Below, piece by piece: positions 28,525 through 37,774 of a stretch of 64,000 bases of DNA (positions within the stretch are counted from its first letter, which is position 1; each line of letters starts with the position of its first letter). Under the pieces are notes generated by a model that saw only the letters and a program-made list of their open reading frames with translations, was not told the DNA's origin and ran no database searches. The position numbers and the translations under genes were made by a program. The stretch covers positions 202,357 through 266,356 of the forward strand of contig CP064996.1 of NCBI GenBank assembly GCA_016699995.1, written 5' to 3'. This DNA is from a bacterium (GTDB lineage Bacteria > Patescibacteriota > Doudnabacteria > UBA920).

Positions 28525-29085
28525 CTAAGCGGTGTTAGCGCAGCTGATTTTGCCGTTTCTACGATCAGCTGGATCGATCTCGATGGTGTCGAACTTCATA
28601 ATCAGCCCTTTTTTCTTCAGAGCAGATTTGAAGTTCTGTAGCGCCATATGCTCTGGGCCTTTAAACCACAGAGTGAGCTTGTTATCGGGAATGCCGAATG
28701 TGTTAACTTCCGGTTCCGACCAGAACTCGCCATTGCTTTCGAGCCACGCGAGCATCAGATCTAGAAGCATGAAGTTTCCGTAGTTAAAGACTCCTACGTC
28801 GAATCGGAAAGCCTTGCTAACTCTTTCGAGTATGTCGATCTCGCTGTGCATTGCATTTCTGCAAGCTGAGCAGCCGACAGCACCATGAAGGCGGCCATGA
28901 TCGTTGCATGCGACGGCGTCTCCGAAGTTCGTGTATTCGTTTTCGATGTCGCTGCGAAGGCTCTCGACAGCTGCTTCATGAGGAGTCATATCCTCTTCGC
29001 GGAGTTCTGCGGGGCAGGGCACTTCGCCAGCTTCTTCAAAACCTTCGTCAATTTCGCGTTCGCTTAATTTAGCCACGTTATTCAT
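28525..29085 (-). CDS. hypothetical protein with a Cys/His cluster
   Basis: Table ORF to 29136; likely start ATG 29085 (MNNVAKL) with aaggag RBS; CNDHGRLHGAVGCSACRNAMH motif; GC about 60%. Confidence 0.45.
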   Translation of the reverse strand: MNNVAKLSEREIDEGFEEAGEVPCPAELREEDMTPHEAAVESLRSDIENEYTNFGDAVACNDHGRLHGAVGCSACRNAMHSEIDILERVSKAFRFDVGVFNYGNFMLLDLMLAWLESNGEFWSEPEVNTFGIPDNKLTLWFKGPEHMALQNFKSALKKKGLIMKFDTIEIDPADRRNGKISCANTA

Positions 29086-29232
29086 TCTCCTTTTTTTTGG
29101 GGTTGGTATCTGATTTTTGTGTGTATATTTTACCACAAAATAGTACTTTTGTCAATACTGCGTTTTTTATTAAAATTTACCAAACAGGCATAATAAAAAC
29201 GCGAATATATTCGCGTTTTAGATAAAATCAGC

Positions 29233-29616
29233 CTATGGCTCAAAGTCTTCGACAAAAGTTAGCGATTCAACAGTGAATCGTTCCGGAGCAGTGGGTCCGT
29301 CCAAATCCGTCAGATCATTAATGGTCAGAAAGATCTGGTCATGGCTGGTCATGCCGTAGAGCTCCACTTTTGCAACTAGTCCAGAAGCAAAGAGCGGTCC
29401 CATGAACTGCGGGTTGGTCCGCAGATACTTCTCCAGAAAAATAAAAGAAAGTTTTCCTTCCTCAACCTTTTGCTCATAAGTGAACGATTTTGCTCGACCT
29501 AGGAAAATATGCAATCGGTGCTGATCTTTACGATTGGATAAGTGTTGCTCCCAGGTTTCTCGGATTAATTCTTTAACGTCGTTCCAGTTGATCACGGGTG
29601 TTGCTGCAGCTTCCAT
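29233..29616 (-). CDS. hypothetical protein
   Basis: Likely start ATG 29616 (MEAAATPV) with ggaggt RBS. Confidence 0.4.
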   Translation of the reverse strand: MEAAATPVINWNDVKELIRETWEQHLSNRKDQHRLHIFLGRAKSFTYEQKVEEGKLSFIFLEKYLRTNPQFMGPLFASGLVAKVELYGMTSHDQIFLTINDLTDLDGPTAPERFTVESLTFVEDFEP

Positions 29617-29629
29617 TTTACCTCCAGTT

Positions 29630-29872
29630 TTATACAAAAGCTTGTTCTTCGGTCCAGATGCCGTTTACTGAATGGAGAAATCCAAAGATTTCATTATTTA
29701 CAGTCCAAGGCGTTAGGGGGCCTGCAGGTGAGAGTCCTGGTAAGCTGGGCTTGTTTAGCTCTCGTTCTGCAAACAATCGGGCTTTGTCTGAGTTAAGGTG
29801 TATTGAGTATACGAACTCTTCACCGCTGTCGGACGTGCGCCGCCATTTTTGCTTGAACACAGTGTGGTCCAT
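29630..29872 (-). CDS. hypothetical protein
   Basis: 80 aa; aggaggtg RBS; first gene of a three-gene minus-strand operon. Confidence 0.4.
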   Translation of the reverse strand: MDHTVFKQKWRRTSDSGEEFVYSIHLNSDKARLFAERELNKPSLPGLSPAGPLTPWTVNNEIFGFLHSVNGIWTEEQAFV

Positions 29873-29979
29873 ATTCTATTCACCTCCTTTAAGATTTTAT
29901 AACTAGTTATATCATGTGCCGTGATTTTAAGCAATACCCGGCAAAACACCGAAATAAAAAAGACTCGCATCGCAAGTCT

Positions 29980-30387
29980 TTATGAAGGCAACTTCACCAA
30001 GTTTACATCCAAATAATTTAAAAATGGATACGGGCGGCCTGGGCAAGCGGGGTCGCTGGGTTTGTCTCTGAATTCAAAATAGAACTCGTCCTGCTCAGCG
30101 AGTTTCCATCCCTTTACAATTCTATTCAAGCAAGAACCGCTCCGGAAGGTTATACTCTTTCTTTCGAGCCCAGATGCTGGTTGCAGAATTATATCTACCT
30201 CGTAGCTGTATTCGCTAACGTTAGCCGTGCGGATAGCCATCACTTTATAACGTCCGGCGAATTTCCTGGCTTCCTGTTTAGCTTCCTCTACTTGCTTTTC
30301 CGACAACCTGTTTGCGCCGCACGAGATAAACAGATTAGGCAAGACAATCAGCAGGCAAAGTATAAGCAGTCTAGATGTTGGTTTCAT
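29980..30387 (-). CDS. hypothetical lipoprotein
   Basis: 135 aa; signal peptide with lipobox-like LFISC; strong RBS. Confidence 0.5.
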   Translation of the reverse strand: MKPTSRLLILCLLIVLPNLFISCGANRLSEKQVEEAKQEARKFAGRYKVMAIRTANVSEYSYEVDIILQPASGLERKSITFRSGSCLNRIVKGWKLAEQDEFYFEFRDKPSDPACPGRPYPFLNYLDVNLVKLPS

Positions 30388-30488
30388 TTATGTCCTCCTT
30401 ATATGACTTCATATTTTGCAATATAATACTACATATGTCAAGGTAGTCGCCGTTTCTTCTTCTGAATCCGGGATGCACGGCTCAAAGC

Positions 30489-30517
30489 TTGACAACCTGG
30501 CTTAAAAGCCATAAAAT
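30489..30517 (+). promoter_or_regulatory. sigma70-like promoter upstream of tuf
   Basis: TTGACA, 17 nt, TAAAAT; about 185-nt leader to the tuf start. Confidence 0.5.
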
Positions 30518-30701
30518 AATTTGTGATTGGCGCGCTTTGCGGCCGCCAGTTTTTAAATCATTAAAATTCTATACGCTAAACTTTTTAGTCACCTGGATTC
30601 CTAAGTGAAAAAAAGAGAAACCCTCTCTTTTTCCTCGCATCGATAGGGGAAGGAGCGAGGGTATCTCGGTACCAAAAAGAAGATATAGACGAAAGGTAAA
30701 A

Positions 30702-31883
30702 ATGGCAGAAGCATTTGATCGTTCAAAGCCTCACCTTAATGTGGGAACCATTGGTCACGTAGACCACGGTAAAACCACATTGACCGCTGCTATCACTACC
30801 GTGCTTGCAAAGTCTGGACACGCTAAAGCGAAAGCTTACGACCAGATCGACAACGCACCGGAAGAAAAAGCTCGCGGTATTACTATTAATACCTCTCACA
30901 GCGAATACGAATCCGACAAGCGTCACTACGCTCACGTAGACTGTCCTGGTCACGCCGACTACATCAAGAACATGATTACCGGTGCTGCTCAGATGGATGG
31001 TGCGATTCTTGTGGTATCTGCTGCTGATGGTCCTATGCCTCAGACTCGCGAACACATCTTGCTCGCTCGTCAGGTAGGCGTACCTTCTATCGTTGTTTAC
31101 ATGAACAAGGTAGACCAGGTTTCTGATCCAGAACTTCTCGACTTGGTAGAAGAAGAAATTCGCGACTTGCTTAACAAGTACGAATTCCCTGGCAAAGACA
31201 CCCCAATCATTCGCGGTTCCGCGTTAAAGGCTCTCGAAGGAGATGCTGCTAACGAAGAAACTATCACTAAGCTTGTAGAAGCTTTGGATACTTTCATCCC
31301 AGAACCAACTCGCGAAACCGACAAGCCTTTCTTGATGCCTATCGAAGATATCTTTACTATCGAAGGTCGCGGTACCGTAGTTACCGGTCGTATCGAACGC
31401 GGTATCATCAACATCAACGAAGAAGTAGAAATCGTTGGTATCAAACCAACTTCTAAGACTGTAGTTACCGGTATCGAAATGTTCAACAAGCAGTTGGACA
31501 AAGGTATGGCTGGTGACAACGCAGGTTTGTTGCTCCGCGGTGTTAAGAAGGAAGAAGTAGAACGCGGCCAAGTTTTGGCTAAGACTGGTTCTATCACTCC
31601 TCACACTGAATTCGAAGCTGAAGTTTATATCTTGAACAAAGAAGAAGGCGGACGCCACACTCCTTTCTTCAAGGGTTATAAGCCTCAGTTCTACGTGCGC
31701 ACTACCGACGTAACCGGTGAAGTTATCTTGCCAGAAGGCCAAGAAATGGTTATGCCTGGCGATACTGTTAACATCAACGTAAAGCTTATTACTCCAATCG
31801 CTTTGGAAGAAAAAGGCAAGTTCGCTATCCGTGAAGGTGGCCGAACTGTTGGTGCTGGTGTTGTCGTTAAGATTGTAAAATAA
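30702..31883 (+). CDS. tuf: Elongation factor Tu
   Basis: 393 aa; [18 protein letters not shown] and full EF-Tu conservation. Confidence 0.97.
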   Translation: MAEAFDRSKPHLNVGTIGHVDHGKTTLTAAITTVLAKSGHAKAKAYDQIDNAPEEKARGITINTSHSEYESDKRHYAHVDCPGHADYIKNMITGAAQMDGAILVVSAADGPMPQTREHILLARQVGVPSIVVYMNKVDQVSDPELLDLVEEEIRDLLNKYEFPGKDTPIIRGSALKALEGDAANEETITKLVEALDTFIPEPTRETDKPFLMPIEDIFTIEGRGTVVTGRIERGIININEEVEIVGIKPTSKTVVTGIEMFNKQLDKGMAGDNAGLLLRGVKKEEVERGQVLAKTGSITPHTEFEAEVYILNKEEGGRHTPFFKGYKPQFYVRTTDVTGEVILPEGQEMVMPGDTVNINVKLITPIALEEKGKFAIREGGRTVGAGVVVKIVK

Positions 31884-31887
31884 TATA

Positions 31888-31967
31888 TAAAAACTATTTG
31901 CACGAAGGGAGCGCTTTCGTCACTTCGTGACGGCGCTAGCTGACTCCCTTCATAGCAAATAGTTTTT
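31888..31967 (+). terminator. long imperfect hairpin (about 8+8+4 bp) with T-run after tuf
   Basis: aaaactatttgcacgaagggag ... ctcccttcatagcaaatagttttt, with an inner cgtcac-ttc-gtgacg hairpin. Confidence 0.5.
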
Positions 31968-31987
31968 ATTTTCATCTCAATCATAGA

Positions 31988-32020
31988 AACTCCCCGAAAG
32001 GGGAGTTTTATATTTTCCGG
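31988..32020 (+). repeat. 33-nt terminator-containing repeat, copy A
   Basis: aactccccgaaaggggagttttatattttccgg, identical to 33033-33065. Confidence 0.8.
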
Positions 32021-32092
32021 TTTGTGATATCATTACTTTTCTCAATTTTTGGTATAATTTAATATGAATAGACAAGAAAATAATCTAATCAT

Positions 32093-33021
32093 ATGAAAAA
32101 ATATATATTACCCTTAACTCTAGTTGTATTACTTATTGGTGGTTTTATACAGTTTCCCATAGCTAAAGCTCAGACAGGGGCTTGTGCGCCGCTATTTGGT
32201 TTAACAAAGCCCAGTGGGCGTCATTTTTATACTACAAACAAAGGTGAGGTATTTCAGGTTATGCAGTACGGCTATCGCTATGATGGCATTGTCGCAAATA
32301 TTTTAGCTGCACCTAACTCGGATACTTTGCCCATTCAGAGATATTATCGATCTGCAACCGGGGCTCATCGTTATTTTGCAAGCAATAATGTTTCGGAATC
32401 TTACGGCGCTCATGAGGGTGTAGTCGGATATATAGCGCAAACAGAAGGCAATGGAACGGCCTTGCACTTTGCAGCAGACGATTCAATTACCGATGTTGTT
32501 TTTTATCAAGGTACCCGCAACCCAACCAGTAATTATAGTCGTACTGGTACTTTAGGGTACGCTTGCGGAGGGGAATCATACTTGGATAAACAAAATACAA
32601 TATACCGTTATTATAATCCTCGGTCAGGCAAGCATTTTTACACTACTAGCAAGACCGAAGGTGACAGCGCTGTCACAAAATCAGGATTCAAATATGAAGG
32701 GGTTGCGGGGTACGTATTCGACATAAATTCAGCAGGGAATAGCAATCCTATATATCGACTATATAATCCTTCTCAGAATAAGCATTTCTATACAACGAAC
32801 GAAGAAGAGAAACAAGCATTAACTTCTAATGGCGGTTACCGTTTTGAGGAACGATGGGATATACAGCCGGCGGGTATCGTGGTTTGACCATGCACCGTTT
32901 ATATAAGGCTAGTACTAACGACCATTTATGGACTACTGATAATTTAGAAGCAGAGCGGGCAGAAAATGTCGGATATACCAAAGAGTCAGCACTGGGATTC
33001 ATCAATCCTCACATCAATTAA
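32093..33021 (+). CDS. secreted protein with four HFYTT-type (DUF5648-like) repeats plus a fifth repeat out of frame
   Basis: Table ORF 32093..32887 has a signal peptide and repeats ...RHFYTTNKGE, ...HRYFASNN, ...YRYYNPRSGKHFYTTSKTE, ...YRLYNPSQNKHFYTTNEEE. A fifth unit (HRLYKASTNDHLWTTDNLEAE) continues in frame 1 from ~32848 to the stop at 33021, implying an indel near 32875-32890. Confidence 0.55.
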
Positions 33022-33032
33022 GCAGGAGCAAT

Positions 33033-33065
33033 AACTCCCCGAAAGGGGAGTTTTATATTTTCCGG
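33033..33065 (+). repeat. 33-nt terminator-containing repeat, copy B
   Basis: Identical to 31988-32020. Confidence 0.8.
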
Positions 33066-33154
33066 CTTGTGGATAACCTTTTTGCCAAATAAACATTATT
33101 AAACGATAATTTAAATACATTATTAAGGGTTTATTAAACCCACGAAATTTAAAT

Positions 33155-33451
33155 ATGAAATTTGATCAACAATCCTTAATTGTAGGACTGCTAATCGGTT
33201 TGGTTATAGGTGGTGGTGTAATTGGTTATATCGATGCTAATCGCCCTCAGCCTCTTTTCTCTTCAGCAGATTTTGAAGAGGCGGGAAACTGTGATGCAGA
33301 ATGGGCAGCAGCTGCTAACTATGCGAGGAAGAATAGAGTAACTCCTCAGAATATAGCAAATCATCCGCAGTATATAAGCTTGTTGCAGAATTGGGCTGCA
33401 TGCAGAGATGGGCAACCTCAAGAAGGCGGCGGTCCAGGCTTGCTCCAATAG
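33155..33451 (+). CDS. small membrane-anchored hypothetical protein
   Basis: 98 aa; N-terminal TM; followed by an actccc-tttt-gggagt + T-run terminator at 33461-33485. Confidence 0.35.
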   Translation: MKFDQQSLIVGLLIGLVIGGGVIGYIDANRPQPLFSSADFEEAGNCDAEWAAAANYARKNRVTPQNIANHPQYISLLQNWAACRDGQPQEGGGPGLLQ

Positions 33452-33544
33452 CTATTAAAAACTCCCTTTTGGGAGTTTTTGTTTTAACTAATTTATTCAC
33501 TTGCGATAGAATCACCCTATCAAAAAAATAAAGGAGTCACGATA

Positions 33545-33985
33545 ATGAACACTGGTCCATGGCGCAGCATTAACTCCATTAACATCATGCTTAGCGGCAG
33601 CACTGCTTTTTTAAATCAGATTCTGACGGAAATTCAGATTGAGCTTGCCGAGCAAGCATGCGACAAATCTATTGAACTCTTTCGTTACCGCACCGCGGAG
33701 TTCTTGATCAACAACCCAAGACTGGAAAAGAAGATTTCCGAACTAACTCCCGGTCAAAAGGAAAGCTTGGATGAACTACTCGCTGGTTACGGCAAGTCGC
33801 TTGGATGTATTATGGAGCTAGATGCTGCCGAAATCGGCACGAAGACGAACTGCAGTATGCGATTCGGGTTTCCGAACCCGTCGAGGATATCTCTCCTAGC
33901 GGAGATGATGATAGTGACATCAAAGTCGATCTTGCTCCGGAAATATTCGAGCTCCCATGGCTATGACTGCACGGGCGTAATATAA
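33545..33985 (+). CDS. hypothetical protein
   Basis: 146-aa ORF; terminator gcgaatc-attgc-gattcgc + T7 directly after. Confidence 0.35.
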   Translation: MNTGPWRSINSINIMLSGSTAFLNQILTEIQIELAEQACDKSIELFRYRTAEFLINNPRLEKKISELTPGQKESLDELLAGYGKSLGCIMELDAAEIGTKTNCSMRFGFPNPSRISLLAEMMIVTSKSILLRKYSSSHGYDCTGVI

Positions 33986-34114
33986 GGCGAATCATTGCGA
34001 TTCGCTTTTTTTGTATAATTAGGAAGTAGGGATGTAGGTTATAAGTTTGGCGGGTTGACTTGCGGCTTAAAACATACTAATATTGCTTGTTAAAAACAAT
34101 AGGAGGAAAATCTT

Positions 34115-34875
34115 GTGGCACAAGTTTTAGCATTTAAACCATCTGCCAAAGTTGTGAGGCTTATGAAGAACCGTTTCGCGGAAATGAGCGAAGAAGATAT
34201 TGAGGGGTATGTCAGAAGAGTAATATCTCCAATGGTCGAGCGCGGTAATCGAGCAGACGCCCTTACGGAGTTAAATGAAATTGTGAAGACTGTTGACTTC
34301 GAAGATAAGCCGCGGGGAATTGCCGCAGCCTTGGGTGTTCGAATAGTGTTGAATAAGCACTTGTGGCAGAATACGGGCGAAAAAATGTATTTATCCGAGA
34401 TGCTTAATGATGTTTATCAGGGTATTCACCTGGATATATCGAATGCAGTTCGTGCCCAGTTTACCTGCGCGATGGTGATGTTTCTGCCTCAATCGGGGGA
34501 TAAAAAGCCGCCGAAGTTAAATACGAGATGGCTCATAATTGTGTCACCAAGGGTGGCAGGGAAGAAGCCGAATATTTGGGCCATTATGGTGAGGCGCTCG
34601 CTAATAACGGCAAGGCTGTTCAGGGATTGTTCCAGGTTCAAAGAGCACTAGATCTTATGCGCTGCGATCTTACTGGAACTGTGGAAGAGCGGCTAATTGT
34701 GACTTCTGGCTTGTATGGCCGCCTGGCGAAATGCGCTTTCAAAAGCTTTCGCTTAATCTTGGCTGTTCGGTCTTATCGGACTGGTAGAAAGCAGGCCGAA
34801 GAGCTTGCGTACCGGTACGGCATGCCGCAAAGATTGAATCAATATCGTCTCCGCTTACGCGAGAGAAGTGTATAA
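34115..34875 (+). CDS. hypothetical protein split over two frames near a G5/A5 run (~34496-34506)
   Basis: GTG start after aggagga RBS. Table ORFs 34115..34651 and 34528..34875 overlap. The second frame is open from 34504 and reads as a helical-repeat-like C-terminus; terminator at 34882-34912. Confidence 0.35.
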
Positions 34876-35233
34876 AAATAGCTCCGAAACGAAATTCGTT
34901 TCGGAGCTTTTCAGTTCATCTTGAAAAGATTAGTACCAGCCGCCGATTTCTATTCCCATTTTATGTACAAAAATGGTATAGATTCCCAGGCTTAAGGCTA
35001 TTGCGCCACTTATCGTGAGTGCGCAATTATCCCAAGGTATGGGGTAAAGAAAATCAGTGACACCATTGCCGCAGCTAATACAACAACCACGACAGCGAAA
35101 GTCTTCTCCAGAACTTTTTTAGCATATGTCCTCCAAAACTATTTGCAAAAACGTATAAATTCTACCATAAAATAGGACTTTTGTCAAGATTAAAAAGAAA
35201 TCAGAATTTCTTTAAATTTTTCAAGAAAATCAT

Positions 35234-35262
35234 TTGACAATGCCCTAAAAATGGGATAAAAT
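35234..35262 (+). promoter_or_regulatory. sigma70-like promoter of the S10 operon
   Basis: TTGACA, 17 nt, TAAAAT, about 95 nt upstream of rpsJ. Confidence 0.5.
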
Positions 35263-35358
35263 TTTGATTAAGTTCTGCTAGCAGTAACGCTAGTAGTTTT
35301 AATTGCTGTAAAGTGGCTCAATTAAGAGCAAAAACAGCGTCTTGTCAATTCATTTACT

Positions 35359-35682
35359 ATGCAAACGGCCGAACACAAGCCTAAAATTCGCATCAAGATT
35401 CGCGCATACGATCATAAACTGATCGATCAAAGTGCAAAGCAAATCGTTGATACTGCTAAGAGAACTGGCGCCAGCGTTTCTGGTCCAGTGCCTTTGCCGA
35501 CCGCAAAGCGAAAGTACACCGTGCTTCGTTCGACTTTTGTACATAAGGACAGCCGAGAACAGTTCGAAATGCGCACTCATAAGCGCATGATCGATATCCT
35601 CGAGCCAACCCCTAAGACTATCGATTCTCTCACTAACCTAAGCCTTCCGGCCAGGGTAGATGTAGAAATCAAAATGAGTTAG
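35359..35682 (+). CDS. rpsJ: 30S ribosomal protein S10
   Basis: 107 aa; [16 protein letters not shown]...GPVPLPT conserved. Confidence 0.95.
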   Translation: MQTAEHKPKIRIKIRAYDHKLIDQSAKQIVDTAKRTGASVSGPVPLPTAKRKYTVLRSTFVHKDSREQFEMRTHKRMIDILEPTPKTIDSLTNLSLPARVDVEIKMS

Positions 35683-35881
35683 ACAGTGTGAATTGGTTCT
35701 AGTCTGTGCGAGCCCAGAAAGCTCTTCAAGCTAGATAACTATTCGCCGAATAATTGCAAAGCATCTTTGCTGCAAGGCTTAGGCCCGGGGCAAACGTGAT
35801 GAATTGTTTTTATGTGGTGAATAGCCGCATTTTTTTATTTTTAAGGACCTGATGTCTCTTCCGAGACCAATCAAAACCGTT

Positions 35882-36553
35882 ATGAAATTTATCGTAGGTA
35901 AAAAGTTGAATATGACTCAGTATTTTGCAGAAAATGGCGAAGTGATTCCAGCAACTGTAGTAAAAGCGCCAGAAATGGTAGTTACGCAGGTTAAGCTGGC
36001 GGATACTAAAGACGGCTATAACGCCGTTCAGGTAGGTATCTCTGCTGGTGTTGCCGGTAGTCGCAAAGCTAATAAAGCTAAGGCCGGTCACTCTAAAAAT
36101 CTAGGGACTTTTGGAAAATTTATCGAATTCCGCGTAGAGAACCCGCAAGATTATTCTGTCGGGCAAAAGATAGACGCTACACAATTTGAAATTGGCGAAA
36201 TGGTCAATGTTATCGGTACTATGAAGGGACGCGGTTTTGCCGGCGGCATTAAGCGTCATGGCTTCCACGGTTTCCCGGCTAGTCATGGTCATAACCGTCC
36301 TCGCAGCGTAGGTTCGATTGGTCAGCGCTATCCTCAGCACGTTAACAAAGGCCACCGCATGGCTGGTCATATGGGTACTAATTCCGTTACTGTAAAGAAT
36401 TTGCAAATTGTTGATGTTGATACGGCTAAAGGTTTAATTTTAGTTAAGGGTGCGGTGCCTGGTACTCGCAATGGCATGGTGCGCATTTCTACAACTGGTG
36501 TTACTAAGCCAATCGTTGCTCCAGAAGCAACAGAGGGCAAGAAGAAGAAATAG
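35882..36553 (+). CDS. rplC: 50S ribosomal protein L3
   Basis: Start trimmed to ATG 35882 (MKFIVGKKLNMTQ); L3 blocks (GKGFAGGIKRHGF). Confidence 0.9.
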   Translation: MKFIVGKKLNMTQYFAENGEVIPATVVKAPEMVVTQVKLADTKDGYNAVQVGISAGVAGSRKANKAKAGHSKNLGTFGKFIEFRVENPQDYSVGQKIDATQFEIGEMVNVIGTMKGRGFAGGIKRHGFHGFPASHGHNRPRSVGSIGQRYPQHVNKGHRMAGHMGTNSVTVKNLQIVDVDTAKGLILVKGAVPGTRNGMVRISTTGVTKPIVAPEATEGKKKK

Positions 36554-36567
36554 CCTAATATAGTTAT

Positions 36568-37272
36568 ATGAAGATTCAAGTATACAATCAGAACGCAGAA
36601 AGCGTAGGCGAAATCGAAGTCAGCGATGCTATCTTTGCCGTCAAACCATCTTTGCACTTAATGGCAGAAAGCGTACGCGCTCAAGCTAATAATGCTCGCA
36701 AAGGTTTGGCTAACACCAAGACTCGCGGAGAAGTGAGCGGTGGTGGTAAAAAGCCTTGGCGTCAAAAGGGAACCGGTCGCGCTCGCGCGGGCAGTACCCG
36801 AAGCCCAATCTGGAGACACGGTGGTGTGACTTTTGGTCCTACTTCCGATCGTAACTGGAGCTTAAAGATCAACAAAAAAGCTAAGACCAAAGCGCTATTC
36901 ATGTCCTTATCCGACAAGGCTCGCGATGGCAAGCTTATTGTAATCGAAGGCTTAAACCTCGAAGCGCCAAAGACAAAAGAATTTATCAAGGTTATGCAGG
37001 CTTTCCATACTAAGCTAAACAACCTGGGTAACAAGCAGATGATGGTTCTTCCAAAGAAAGAAGAAACTTTGATCCGTGCCTCCCGCAATTTACCAGAAGT
37101 TTCTACCGCTTTTGCAACTAGCTTAAACATTACCGATATTCTCAAGGCTGACTCTATGCTCGTGCTAAAAGACAGCTTGTCTATTATAGAAAAGACTTAT
37201 TTGAAAGCTACCGATAAAGCTCCTAAGGCACCAGCGAAAGCTGCTACCAAGACAGAGAAGCCGGAAAGCTAA
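36568..37272 (+). CDS. rplD: 50S ribosomal protein L4
   Basis: 234 aa; KPWRQKGTGRARAGS motif. Confidence 0.93.
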   Translation: MKIQVYNQNAESVGEIEVSDAIFAVKPSLHLMAESVRAQANNARKGLANTKTRGEVSGGGKKPWRQKGTGRARAGSTRSPIWRHGGVTFGPTSDRNWSLKINKKAKTKALFMSLSDKARDGKLIVIEGLNLEAPKTKEFIKVMQAFHTKLNNLGNKQMMVLPKKEETLIRASRNLPEVSTAFATSLNITDILKADSMLVLKDSLSIIEKTYLKATDKAPKAPAKAATKTEKPES

Positions 37273-37442
37273 GCAGACAGAGAAGGCGGGAAGCAGCAGT
37301 TAAGTAAAACCACTCATTAATTTATGGCAATTTTTTCCAAAAAGAAGACAGCAACGTCAAAGTTGATGCTGTAGCTGGCGATCAGCCAAAGCAGGTAGAC
37401 TCAGAAGTTGCTGCGGAATCTCAGCAAGATGCTCCACAAAAG

Positions 37443-37752
37443 ATGGTGGATGTTGTTAACAGTGGTTTGGGCAGCAAGGGTTTAATCGTACCGCGCGTTT
37501 CTGAAAAAGCGGGTTTTGTTGGACGATTCAACCAATATATTTTTCACTATCTATGGCAAGTTGAATAAGATTGAAGTTAAGAACGCAGTCGAAAAAATGT
37601 ACGGCGTTAAAATCGCTAACATTAACATGATTCAGGTTGCAGGCAAGAGCCGCCGTTTTGGCCGAACTCAGGGCATGCGCAGTGGATTCAAGAAAGCGAT
37701 TGTAACCTTAACTCCGGATAGCAAGAAAATTGATATCGTTGAGCCGAGTTAA
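37443..37752 (+). CDS. rplW: 50S ribosomal protein L23, frame broken at a T5 run (37540-37544)
   Basis: N-terminal part (LIVPRVSEKAGFV...NQYIF) is in frame 0 from ATG 37443. The C-terminal part (TIYGKLNKIEVKNAVEKMYGVKI...) is table ORF 37516..37752 in frame 1. The start is uncertain; ATG 37324 is possible. Confidence 0.7.
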
Positions 37753-37774
37753 TACCTTTATATAGATCAAATTT

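Noticed and set aside
31097-31984. Three minus-strand ORFs (166, 172 and 97 aa) inside or abutting tuf
   Set aside because: Antisense to a highly conserved EF-Tu gene, low-complexity Ser/Ile-rich translations; spurious.
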